Of a DNA stretch of 64,000 bases, positions 38,622 through 48,416 are shown in pieces. Every line of letters begins with the position of its first letter. Positions within the stretch are counted from its first letter, which is position 1. The translations under genes and the position numbers were made by a program. Source of the stretch: Flavobacteriales bacterium (GTDB taxonomy: Bacteria > Bacteroidota > Bacteroidia > Palsa-965); assembly GCA_040377305.1 (NCBI GenBank), contig JBEIPA010000010.1, positions 96,001 to 160,000 on the forward strand, written 5' to 3'. The notes beneath the pieces are model-generated. The model was not told the origin of the DNA. It did not search any database and saw nothing but the letters and a program-made list of their open reading frames with translations.

Positions 38622-40802
38622 TTACCACTTAATGTTCATCTCATTCAACAGATAGCCAGCACCCGCGTACTTATCAATCACGAACAATGTATAGCGTACA
38701 TCGAGTGAAATGTTGCGGCAGATATTGGGATCGTAATTGATATCGCTCATGGTTCCTTCCCAAACGCGATCGAAGTTGGTTCCAATCAAATCTCCATTTG
38801 CATCGAGCACCGGACTTCCTGAATTTCCACCCGTCGTATGATTCGATGCAATGAAACAGGTGTGAATTTTTCCATCCTTCGGATCAGCGTATTTGCCGTA
38901 ATCCTTATTGTCCACGAGAAGTTGAATCTTATTCGGCACGATGTAATCTTCCACTTCCGGATGATTCTTATCCTTCGCAATAAGTCCATCCAACGTTGTA
39001 TACCAGCTGTACATGTAGCCGTCTTTCGCCGTCGCATCAGGATATCCTTGTACTTGTCCGTAAGTGACACGCAAAGTTGAATTCGCATCCGGATAGAAGT
39101 TCTTCTCCTTGAAAACAACCATCTGCGCTTCCATATAAATTCTGCTCAGTCGATTAAGTTCATTATTCAACTGCTGGAATCTTGGTAAGATATGCACGTT
39201 AAAGTGTGTGTACAACTGATCCATCAAAACAAAAGCCGGATCATCGGCAATCGATTTCCATTTGGATGCATCGTACGTTTCAAGTAGAGCTTTCACTTTG
39301 TCTTTTTTCGTGAACATGCTTTTGGAATAGATACCGGCGTAATACTTATCCCAGTTTCCCTTGTGTTTCGTCTTCACCTCGTTGAACACAGGAGGTTTCT
39401 TATCCGCAGCCATTCCCTTATCCATCTCTTTAGAAACCGCAACCGCAATTCGTTGATCGAGTTTTGCATTGTAATCTTTGAAATAACCATCAACGCCATC
39501 CTTCAGTGCTTTCAGTGCTGCATCAAATTCTTTCTGATTGATTTTCTCTGCCTTGCTGAGATCAACCAGTTTTCGATAGTTACTGAGGTAACGAACAAGC
39601 TCTATCGACAATGCACCTTCATTCATGTAATCGCCGGCCTGTTGCCACGGAATCATTTCTGCGTGTGTTGCTTTCAATTCAGGTAGTACAGTTCCGTATT
39701 TCTGTTGCAAAGTCTGATCGGCAGCAATTCGTGTGTTGAAAATAGCTTCCATGCTCACCTTTCGCCCTATTGCATCGTTCTGTTTCAAGCCAAGCATTTC
39801 TCCTTGCCATTTCTTCCAGGCATTTGCAGTTCCATTCCGCTTTGATGCATACTGAATCCGAACTTCATCGCTCTTCGCCATTTCTTCACGCATGATGTCG
39901 AGACGAATGGTTCGCAAAGTAACTTTCACCGGATCAGAATAATTTGCAATAAGATCAACTCCGTAAGAACTCAAATACTCTGTTGTTCTTCCCGGAAAAC
40001 CATACACCAGAGTAAAGTCTCCGGCCTTCACGCCACGCGCGTTGATTGAAAGTGATTTCTTCGGAACGTACGGAACATTATTAGCAGAATACGCAGCGGG
40101 TTTATTGTCTGCTCCGGCGTAAATGCGGAACAATGAAAAATCGGCAGTGTGACGTGGCCAAACCCAATTGTCTGTATCGCCTCCGAAGTTGCCAAGCGCC
40201 ATTGGAGGAGCTCCAACCATGCGAACATCCGTATAGGTTTCTGTCATGAACATATAGAAAACATTTCCATAATAGAATGCGCGCACCATTGCGGCCTGCG
40301 ATCCTTTGGAATATGATTTCTCCATCTCCGTCATCTTCGCTTGTATTGCCGCAGTGCGATCTGCTTCATTCATTTCGCTTTTCACTGCCGTCAATACTTC
40401 ATTCGTTACATCCTGCATGCTGATGATGAACATTGCAGTCAATCCCGGACAAGGTTTTTCTTCTGCAGCGTTCATCGCCCAGAATCCATTCGTGAGATAA
40501 TCATTCCCTACACTGCTGTGCATCTGTATGAATGAGAAACCGCAATGGTGATTGGTGAGCAACAAACCTTTCTGCGAGATCAATTCGGCTGTACAACCAC
40601 CGCCGAACTGACAGATTGCATCTTTCAGCGAAGTCTGGTTTACACTGTAAATATCCTCGGCAGTAAGTTTGAACCCGCGCGATTGCATATCGGTAATAGT
40701 CATGCCTTCCAGAAGATTGGGAAGCCACATACCTTCATCAGCATTCAACTTAGGAAAGACGCTTAATGAAAGCGCCGCGAAAAACAGAAGTCGTTTGATC
40801 AT
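38622..40802 (-). CDS. S46 dipeptidyl-peptidase (DPP11-like)
   Basis: DEGMWL, GCTA...TNHHC, NWVWPRHTADF, TGGNSGSP, NFDRVWEG; Arg at the S1 position as in Asp/Glu-specific DPP11. Confidence 0.9.
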   Translation of the reverse strand: MIKRLLFFAALSLSVFPKLNADEGMWLPNLLEGMTITDMQSRGFKLTAEDIYSVNQTSLKDAICQFGGGCTAELISQKGLLLTNHHCGFSFIQMHSSVGNDYLTNGFWAMNAAEEKPCPGLTAMFIISMQDVTNEVLTAVKSEMNEADRTAAIQAKMTEMEKSYSKGSQAAMVRAFYYGNVFYMFMTETYTDVRMVGAPPMALGNFGGDTDNWVWPRHTADFSLFRIYAGADNKPAAYSANNVPYVPKKSLSINARGVKAGDFTLVYGFPGRTTEYLSSYGVDLIANYSDPVKVTLRTIRLDIMREEMAKSDEVRIQYASKRNGTANAWKKWQGEMLGLKQNDAIGRKVSMEAIFNTRIAADQTLQQKYGTVLPELKATHAEMIPWQQAGDYMNEGALSIELVRYLSNYRKLVDLSKAEKINQKEFDAALKALKDGVDGYFKDYNAKLDQRIAVAVSKEMDKGMAADKKPPVFNEVKTKHKGNWDKYYAGIYSKSMFTKKDKVKALLETYDASKWKSIADDPAFVLMDQLYTHFNVHILPRFQQLNNELNRLSRIYMEAQMVVFKEKNFYPDANSTLRVTYGQVQGYPDATAKDGYMYSWYTTLDGLIAKDKNHPEVEDYIVPNKIQLLVDNKDYGKYADPKDGKIHTCFIASNHTTGGNSGSPVLDANGDLIGTNFDRVWEGTMSDINYDPNICRNISLDVRYTLFVIDKYAGAGYLLNEMNIKW

Positions 40803-40991
40803 AATATCCTGCAAAAAAACACCGGAATCGTTCCGATGCATAGTGCGACTAAATTACTCAATAAACCGCCTGGAAGTTGTTAGAAAATGATAAGCGGTAA
40901 ACGCTATTTGCCATTGGGAAGAGCCTCAATTAATCGTGGCAAATCAATGCCGAATCATTCCGTCGGCTGGCTTTAGCTACGTAGCCTCAAA

Positions 40992-41390
40992 TTACCAGGC
41001 TTGTTTCCCGTACTTGACTTCGAGTCGCTTAATGAGCGGGCGTACGATTGCAACACCCGCAAAGAAAAGAGCAAGACCAATTCCGAAAAAGAGCACTATT
41101 CTTTCAGTCGTAGATAATGTACGATCTCCACCATTGATAAGCGAGAATGGCCATACATTCAGATTCAAGACAAGCAACGTAACCCCAATTGCGAACAATG
41201 CACAGATCACTTCCATGCCGCGTGCCACCTTCGATTTCGGTTGCGCCTTCTTCGGTTTCGTACTAGTCTTAGTTCCGATTAATACATTCGCTTTCGACTT
41301 AAGCTTTGCTTTGTTCTCTTCAATGCTGCGACGATTCTTTTCTATAAGTTCGTCTGCTTTCTGCGAGATATTGTCGAACGGGTTACTCAT
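40992..41390 (-). CDS. Hypothetical small membrane protein
   Basis: Charged N-terminus plus two TM segments; overlaps the upstream lipoprotein stop. Confidence 0.6.
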   Translation of the reverse strand: MSNPFDNISQKADELIEKNRRSIEENKAKLKSKANVLIGTKTSTKPKKAQPKSKVARGMEVICALFAIGVTLLVLNLNVWPFSLINGGDRTLSTTERIVLFFGIGLALFFAGVAIVRPLIKRLEVKYGKQAW

Positions 41391-42066
41391 TGACTGGTGC
41401 AGTATAACCGTGTTGTTTCATAAACGCGCGCGCATATTCACTACTCTTCTCGCGATCAATCGGCATGTCGAATGTTTTGGACTTCGATGAATGAGGAACG
41501 AACCCGGATTTTAGAACTGAAAGTACAGTAGTGGTTATGTTAATGTCTTCCATTTCCGACTCTTCAACTGTGAAAATAGAATCGGCTGTCATGTAAGAAT
41601 AACTGTATGCAAGAGACTGAGATGCTATTGCATAAACATCAATTGGTTCACCACTAGGTCGTTTATATAGAACAATGAGAATATCAATATTGTCCGGACC
41701 GTCTTCATAATCACCGGCACTGCTTAAACAGAACCACAATGCATTGACCTCATTATTAATTTCCGAGCGTCCATTACAGTAAATGGACTTATAGGTTGTA
41801 GGATCAAAGCCCGGAGGAAACATTTCATAACCGGTGGCGGAATCAATTTTTAACCCTGGAAGTTTTTGCATTGCTCCCGGTTCTATCAACGTGGGTAAAA
41901 TCACGCGAACTGCAGTAGCAGTCATGTCCGCGTATACGTTAGTGTACAAAATTGTAGTTGTATCAATACGATCGACAGAATCGTGTACATCCGAACTTTC
42001 AACAGGTGGATTGCCACATGAGCACAACAATGAAATCAGAACTATTGACAATAACAACCTCCGCAT
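41383..42066 (-). CDS. Hypothetical lipoprotein
   Basis: Lipobox LCSC; FPPGF...ALWF...IVLY shared with its neighbour. Confidence 0.75.
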   Translation of the reverse strand: MRRLLLSIVLISLLCSCGNPPVESSDVHDSVDRIDTTTILYTNVYADMTATAVRVILPTLIEPGAMQKLPGLKIDSATGYEMFPPGFDPTTYKSIYCNGRSEINNEVNALWFCLSSAGDYEDGPDNIDILIVLYKRPSGEPIDVYAIASQSLAYSYSYMTADSIFTVEESEMEDINITTTVLSVLKSGFVPHSSKSKTFDMPIDREKSSEYARAFMKQHGYTAPVNE

Positions 42067-42100
42067 GAAACGAAGTTAAACTACTTTTTGCAAGTATACG

Positions 42101-42751
42101 CTACTGGAAAAACTTGTCAGCGACGTCCTTCGCTTTGTCGTCAGCCTGATTGTCGGGGCCAAATGTTGAAGTCTGTTCATCACTAATTCCGAAATTGCCT
42201 TTTCCAATTGCAACAGTTTTCGTGGTGACCATTGTTTTGTCGCCTTTGTCAATGAATACTTCCCGCATGAAAGTCGGAGAATCGATTTTTGCATAACCAA
42301 GGCCTACACCTTTTGTAGCTGCGAGATGAGCAACACTCGGCGCATCCTTGTTATACAACACAATCCAAATGTCTTTGTTCTCTGAACCTTGCACTTCCAT
42401 TCTGAACCACAAGGCATGAACAAAGGGCTCAACTTCGTGTTGTGCAATTGCATATACATTCACTTCATCAGGAATACCGAATGCAGGTGGAAATAACTTC
42501 ATTGCGTCTTCGTGAGAAAGTGCAATGTTACTTCCAAACGCGCTGTCGGTGTGAATCCACTTCGGAAAAGTCAGTTTTGCCAGCTGAGCTTTCAGGTCAG
42601 TATAAATTGCCGGAATTTCCGCGGGAGTATGTGTTACTGAAGTCATGACGCTATCGACCACTACTGAGTCGCTATTATCCTGAACGACTTCCGTACCACA
42701 AGAAGCGAGCAGCATAAGAATAGAAAATGTGAACCCGAACGCGCGCAACAT
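42101..42751 (-). CDS. Hypothetical lipoprotein (paralog of 41383-42066)
   Basis: Lipobox LASC; FPPAF...ALWF...IVLY. Confidence 0.75.
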   Translation of the reverse strand: MLRAFGFTFSILMLLASCGTEVVQDNSDSVVVDSVMTSVTHTPAEIPAIYTDLKAQLAKLTFPKWIHTDSAFGSNIALSHEDAMKLFPPAFGIPDEVNVYAIAQHEVEPFVHALWFRMEVQGSENKDIWIVLYNKDAPSVAHLAATKGVGLGYAKIDSPTFMREVFIDKGDKTMVTTKTVAIGKGNFGISDEQTSTFGPDNQADDKAKDVADKFFQ

Positions 42752-42752
42752 A

Positions 42753-44063
42753 TCAAATCACTTTACCGTAGAGATCGAACTCTTCTGCTTTATCAATTTT
42801 CACGTTCGCAAAATCGCCGATGCGCACGTAAGAATCTTTCGCAGCTACGAGCACTTCATTATCCACTTCCGGAGAATCAGCCTCTGTTCTTCCGATGAAC
42901 CAATCCCCTTCTTTGCGATCGAAGAGAACTTTATATGTGTTACCGACTTTCGCCTGATTTACAGCGAAAGAAATTCCCTGCTGCACTTCCATAACAGCTT
43001 CTGCTCTTGCCTGCTTAACTTCTGCCGGAACATCGTCCTTCAACGAATATGCGCCCGTATTTTCTTCATGAGAGTACGTGAAAATTCCGAGACGATCGAA
43101 ACGTGTGTCTTCAATCCAACGCAGCATTTCTTCGTGATCTTGCTCTGTTTCGCCAGGATAACCTGCAATCAATGTTGTGCGCAATGTAATTCCGGGAACT
43201 TTATCACGAATCTGATTCACAAGATCAATCGTCTTCTGCTTCGTGGTACCGCGCTTCATGCTCTTCAGCATGTTGTCGGTAATGTGCTGAAGCGGCATAT
43301 CGAGGTATTTGCACACTTTCGGATTGTCGCGCATCACATCAAGGACATCGAGAGGAAACCCACTCGGGAATGCATAATGCAAGCGAATCCAGTCAATGCC
43401 GTCAACTTCGGAAAGCTTAGTGAGTAATTCACCAAGATTTCTTTTGCCGTAAAGATCCAATCCGTAATAGGTTGAATCCTGTGCAATCACGATGAGTTCC
43501 TTCGTTCCGTTTTTCGCGAGATTCTGCGACTGCGAAACGAGCTGTTCCATCGGAGTCGAAATGTGTTTCCCGCGCATCAACGGAATTGCACAAAAAGAAC
43601 ACGGACGATCGCACCCTTCTGATATTTTCAGATAAGCATAATGCTGCGGTGTGCTGAGAATACGTTCCCCAACTAATTCATGTTTGTAATCGGCCTTTAG
43701 TGTTTTGAGCATGCGCGGAAGATCACGCGTACCGAACCATGCATCGACTTCCGGAATTTCTTTCTCCAGATCGTGCTTGTATCGTTCGCTCAAACAACCT
43801 GTGACGTAAACCTTCTCGACCAGCCCTTTCTCCTTTGCACTTGCAAACTGAAGAATCGTGTTTACACTTTCCTCTTTGGCGTTGTCGATGAATCCACAGG
43901 TATTGATAATTACGATTGCCGCGTCTCCACTTTTACTTTCGTGCTCTACTTCGTAATTGTTTGCTTTGAGCTGGCCCATCAGAACCTCGGAGTCGAAAAT
44001 ATTCTTCGAGCAACCGAGCGTTACCACGTTCACTTTATTCTTGCGTAATGTCTTCGTTTTCAC
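42753..44063 (-). CDS. rimO: Ribosomal protein uS12 methylthiotransferase
   Basis: TLGCSKN, INTCGFI, KISEGCDRPCSFC, WIRLHYAFP, DSPEVD, TRAM domain. Confidence 0.95.
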   Translation of the reverse strand: MKTKTLRKNKVNVVTLGCSKNIFDSEVLMGQLKANNYEVEHESKSGDAAIVIINTCGFIDNAKEESVNTILQFASAKEKGLVEKVYVTGCLSERYKHDLEKEIPEVDAWFGTRDLPRMLKTLKADYKHELVGERILSTPQHYAYLKISEGCDRPCSFCAIPLMRGKHISTPMEQLVSQSQNLAKNGTKELIVIAQDSTYYGLDLYGKRNLGELLTKLSEVDGIDWIRLHYAFPSGFPLDVLDVMRDNPKVCKYLDMPLQHITDNMLKSMKRGTTKQKTIDLVNQIRDKVPGITLRTTLIAGYPGETEQDHEEMLRWIEDTRFDRLGIFTYSHEENTGAYSLKDDVPAEVKQARAEAVMEVQQGISFAVNQAKVGNTYKVLFDRKEGDWFIGRTEADSPEVDNEVLVAAKDSYVRIGDFANVKIDKAEEFDLYGKVI

Positions 44064-44167
44064 GGGGCAAAGATAGCTAAATGAGTTGGGAGATTGGAGT
44101 TGGGAGTTGGTAGAAGGGCACGTTTCACGGGGAGAATAGGCGCTTCTCCTGTTAATTCATGAAAACC

Positions 44168-46273
44168 TTACACCCTTATGCCGATCAGAAGCACATCATC
44201 CACCTGTTCCGCAATTCCCTTCCAGGTAATGAATTCTCTGTGAAGCTTCGCATCCTGCTCCTGCATTTCGTCGGATGAAATTGCAATCAGGTATTGCTTC
44301 AATTGACTGTATTTGTACTTCTTGTTCTTTGGTCCACCAAACTGATCTGCATACCCGTCCGTGAACGTATAAATGACATCACCACTATTCAATTCAATTG
44401 TTTGTTGATTGAAGGACTTGTTTTCCACCGCTCCGATACCAACTGGTTGTTTGTCTGCTTTGTATTCCAGTATCTCTCCATTTCTAAACAGCCATAAACT
44501 GTTGTTAGCTGCAGCAAAGCATAATTCAGTTTGCTTACGATCAATCCGGCAAAGAACCATGTCCATCCCATCCTTATTCTCTCCGCTGATCCCTTTTTGT
44601 TTCAGAGAACTGATTATACGATCACGCATCATGTCCAATATCCGGCCTGGTTCGGTCAACTTTCTCTCGATGACGACTTCATTCAGCAGGGCCATGCCGA
44701 GCATACTCATAAATCCACCAGGAACTCCGTGTCCGGTGCAGTCTGCAGTAGCGTAGAATACATGCGTTTCGGTTTCTGCTACCCAATAAAAATCGCCGCT
44801 GACAATATCCTTTGGCCTGTAATGCACAAATGAATTTCTGAAATGGGTTCTGAACTGATCCACACTTGGCAGAATTGCCGACTGAATACGACTTGCATAA
44901 TTTATACTATCGGTGATGTCTTTGTTCTTGCTCTCAATTTCAAGATTCTGCAGTTCTACTTCTTCCTTTTGTGATGCAATGAGCATCTTTTGCCTTTGCG
45001 ATGTGCGGTATCGATTGAACACGAAGACCAGGAAGAACAATGCGAGCAGGAGAAACGCTGCTCCTGAGTAAATAATAATCCATTTTCGCTTTTTATCCTC
45101 CTCGTAAATAGCATTGTTCTTATCCTGTTCTGCTTTATCAAGTTCTTTCTGCTTTTCAAACTTGTAATTCATTTCCATGCGAAGCATTTCATCTTTCTGG
45201 CTGTCCCTTTTCAGACTGTCGCTTACTTCGAGATAGCGCTTTAGATTATACAATGCCTTTTCCGTATTTCCGGTTTGCTCGTATAAATCACTTAGTGATT
45301 TATAGGCTTCCATAATGCGGTCCGTCATTCCCTTCTCCGTTGATAGTACTAACGAGCTGTCAAAGTACAATTCCGCCATTGCATAATTTTTCAATCCGTT
45401 TGCACTGTTCCCCACGGCTACATACTGCGAAGAAATCAAACGATCGTCTTTAAATTTTTGTGCAAGAGCCAACGAATGCAAACCCGAGGCAAGCGCTTCA
45501 CTGTACTTTCCCTGGTTGCTGAGAATAATGCCTTTCATTCCTAAAGCGTATCCCAGATTCTCGCTTTCTGCCTGACCATTCACGGCAAGACAGTTCTCAA
45601 TCACCATTAAGGCCATGGAATCATCATCGAGCAGTTGGTACGTGTTTGCTATATTGTAATAGGTTGTACCGACACTTTCGGCGTTACCATACACAGTGTC
45701 TAATCGTAATGCAGCGCTATACATATCAAGTGCCTGCCTGTGCTGTCCGGATAAATTATACAAGTTCCCCAGGCTGCTGTAAGCGGAACTTAGAATTGCG
45801 CTGTCCCCAAGTGCACGTTTGATTTCTATGGACTGAATGCAATAATCAAGCGCACCTTTATAATCGCCAAGAAATGCTTTTTGATTTCCAACTCCCTGTA
45901 ATGCCGAAGCCTGTGTTTTTTTGTCGCCCACACTGTCCGCTAATACCGACGCAGCATCAAATCCACGCATTGCTTCTACGTATTGTCCGCCCATCGCAGC
46001 TAGCACTCCCGTCTGATACTGCGCGCGCGCTTCTCCACGAATGTAGTTCCTGCTTCTGGATGCTTCGAGTGCATTCTCTATGTAGAAACCGGCGGAATCC
46101 ACTTGATTCTTTTTCCGATACATCGCACCGAGCTCGATCTGCGCATCAATAACGGCAGTGTCGGACCTCGATGATACAATTACCTCCCGAAGGGAATCCA
46201 GCTTTCCCTGTTGTGCCAGCAGACAACATGGCATCACTACAATCAGACTCAGCAAGAAGCTTAGTTTACGCAT
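44168..46273 (-). CDS. TPR-containing membrane sensor with SpoIIE/PP2C phosphatase domain
   Basis: Signal, TPRs, TM, DSINYASRIQ, PKDIVSGDFYW, DCTGHGVPG, DGMD, TDGYADQFGG, QVDD. Confidence 0.9.
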   Translation of the reverse strand: MRKLSFLLSLIVVMPCCLLAQQGKLDSLREVIVSSRSDTAVIDAQIELGAMYRKKNQVDSAGFYIENALEASRSRNYIRGEARAQYQTGVLAAMGGQYVEAMRGFDAASVLADSVGDKKTQASALQGVGNQKAFLGDYKGALDYCIQSIEIKRALGDSAILSSAYSSLGNLYNLSGQHRQALDMYSAALRLDTVYGNAESVGTTYYNIANTYQLLDDDSMALMVIENCLAVNGQAESENLGYALGMKGIILSNQGKYSEALASGLHSLALAQKFKDDRLISSQYVAVGNSANGLKNYAMAELYFDSSLVLSTEKGMTDRIMEAYKSLSDLYEQTGNTEKALYNLKRYLEVSDSLKRDSQKDEMLRMEMNYKFEKQKELDKAEQDKNNAIYEEDKKRKWIIIYSGAAFLLLALFFLVFVFNRYRTSQRQKMLIASQKEEVELQNLEIESKNKDITDSINYASRIQSAILPSVDQFRTHFRNSFVHYRPKDIVSGDFYWVAETETHVFYATADCTGHGVPGGFMSMLGMALLNEVVIERKLTEPGRILDMMRDRIISSLKQKGISGENKDGMDMVLCRIDRKQTELCFAAANNSLWLFRNGEILEYKADKQPVGIGAVENKSFNQQTIELNSGDVIYTFTDGYADQFGGPKNKKYKYSQLKQYLIAISSDEMQEQDAKLHREFITWKGIAEQVDDVLLIGIRV

Positions 46274-46280
46274 CCGGCAA

Positions 46281-48416
46281 TCAGATTTTAATTCCAATAA
46301 TTAAAACATCATCCACCTGCTCCAAATTACCTTTCCAATGTATGAATACATCCAGCAATTTTTCGTGCTGATCATTCATGTTCATGGACGAGTTCTCCTG
46401 CAGCAATTCCTTCAAGGGTTTGTACTTGAACTTCTTGCCTTTGTCTCCACCAAACTGGTCAGCGAATCCATCAGTAAATGTGTAGATAATGTCGCCTTTC
46501 TCAAGCGAAACCGAATGACTCGTGAAGCTGACACCGGAAGTCGCACCAATTCCAACCGGTTGCTTGTCCGGATTGTAAACCGTGATTACACCTCTTCTGC
46601 AAATCCACACCGGATTGTTCGCAGCTGAGAACAGTAAATGATTGGTCTTCTTATCTATTCTGCACAGCACCATATCCATACCGTCTTTGTTCTCTCCTGA
46701 TTCTCCGGTTTGACGCAATGCAGAAATTACTTTATCGCGCATTTGATTGAGTACTTGCGAGGGTTCAATCACCTGATGATCGTTCACAATTTCATTCAGC
46801 AACGAAGCTCCGAGAATACTCATGAATCCTCCCGGAACTCCATGACCTGTGCAATCGACTGTTGCGTAAAAGATATATTCTTCCGTTTCTGACAGCCAGA
46901 AAAAATCTCCACTTACGATATCCTTTGGCTGATAGAGAACAAAGGAATCGCGCAATGCGCGCTGCATGAGATCGGATTGAGGTAAAATTGCCTGCTGAAT
47001 TCTACGTGCGTATGTAATGCTGTCGGTGATACTCTTGTTCTTTTCTTCGATGACCGATTTCTGGATTTCCATCTGGTCGCGCTGCGTTTCTACTTCCGCT
47101 TTCTGTTGCTGAATCAGAATATTCTGCCTGCGTGTTACTTGCGCGCGATTGTACAGGAACCATGCAAATGCGATCGCAAGAAGTAAAACCAGTGAACCTA
47201 ATCCTATCCAGATTTTCTGCTGCTGCAGTTTCGCTTCGGTGATTGCATCCTTCGCATCCTGTTCTGCTCTCTCGAGTTTTTGTTGCGCTTCGAAATTCGA
47301 TTTCATCTGCTTGCGGGCAATTTCCGTTTGCATGTCCACATCGGTGAGGCTATCGCGGTACGTGACGTACAACTCATAATGAACAAAAGCGCTGTCCCAC
47401 TTTTTGATCTTCTGAAAATAGGCGGTATAACTTCGGTGAACTTCCTGAAGGTTCTGAAGATCGTCCATTTGATACGCGCATGTTCTCGCTTTATCGAGAT
47501 AAATCTCAGCCTGCTCGTGTTGATTACGCTCTACAAATAAGTTGGCCAGATGCATGTACTCGACAATCATTATGCGCATATCCTGTTGATCTTCTGCGAT
47601 GACCAGTGCCTTCCGGTAATAGAACTCCGCCGAATCCAGTTTCTTGTCATCAAAGAAAATGGAAGCCATCAATCCATACGAGTATGCCTGAATTTGGTTG
47701 TAGCCGACACTATCAGCAATCTGTATCGAACGCTTGAGGTAGTACCATGCTTCGTTATCCCGTTTCAGGAGGTGAAGTGAATTACCCATGTTGAAATAAT
47801 CATCGGTAAGCTTCGCATAATCGCCAAAACGTTTGTGAATGACCGCAGCTTGTGAGAAATAGGTCAACGCCGTGTCATACTGATTCATGGAGTGATACAC
47901 GTTGCCGATGTTGTTCAGTGCAGAAGCCATTGCAAGGCTGTCGCCTATTTCACGTTTGATACGCAAACACTCCAGATGCAAATCAATGGCGCCTGTCTGA
48001 TCACCCATCATTCCCAGTAGTCCGCCCATTGCTGTAAGGACAGAAGAGTAATTCTTCAGATCGCCAATCGACTTCAGCGTGTCGCGGGCTGCAGAATAAT
48101 AGTGAAGAGCGGAATCAAGATCTCCAACGATGAAATGTGCAATGCCGATGTAATAGAGAGATCGTCCAATCCCATTAGCATACTTCAATTTCTGCGAGAG
48201 ATCAAATGCTTTCTGCGCGTAAATCTTCGACGTGTCACTATAACCCGCCTTGCGGTATTCGTAAGACAATTCGATGTAAGCCAGTACAACAGAAGTATCT
48301 GTTTTCGAAGTTTTGATCACACGACTCAGTGAATCGATCTTCACTTTGTTCTGCGCCGACAAATTTCCATTGAGAAAACATGCTACCCAAATAAATATGC
48401 AGGCGATTTTTCTCAT
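46281..48416 (-). CDS. TPR-containing membrane sensor with SpoIIE/PP2C phosphatase domain
   Basis: Same architecture and motifs as 44168-46273. Confidence 0.9.
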   Translation of the reverse strand: MRKIACIFIWVACFLNGNLSAQNKVKIDSLSRVIKTSKTDTSVVLAYIELSYEYRKAGYSDTSKIYAQKAFDLSQKLKYANGIGRSLYYIGIAHFIVGDLDSALHYYSAARDTLKSIGDLKNYSSVLTAMGGLLGMMGDQTGAIDLHLECLRIKREIGDSLAMASALNNIGNVYHSMNQYDTALTYFSQAAVIHKRFGDYAKLTDDYFNMGNSLHLLKRDNEAWYYLKRSIQIADSVGYNQIQAYSYGLMASIFFDDKKLDSAEFYYRKALVIAEDQQDMRIMIVEYMHLANLFVERNQHEQAEIYLDKARTCAYQMDDLQNLQEVHRSYTAYFQKIKKWDSAFVHYELYVTYRDSLTDVDMQTEIARKQMKSNFEAQQKLERAEQDAKDAITEAKLQQQKIWIGLGSLVLLLAIAFAWFLYNRAQVTRRQNILIQQQKAEVETQRDQMEIQKSVIEEKNKSITDSITYARRIQQAILPQSDLMQRALRDSFVLYQPKDIVSGDFFWLSETEEYIFYATVDCTGHGVPGGFMSILGASLLNEIVNDHQVIEPSQVLNQMRDKVISALRQTGESGENKDGMDMVLCRIDKKTNHLLFSAANNPVWICRRGVITVYNPDKQPVGIGATSGVSFTSHSVSLEKGDIIYTFTDGFADQFGGDKGKKFKYKPLKELLQENSSMNMNDQHEKLLDVFIHWKGNLEQVDDVLIIGIKI

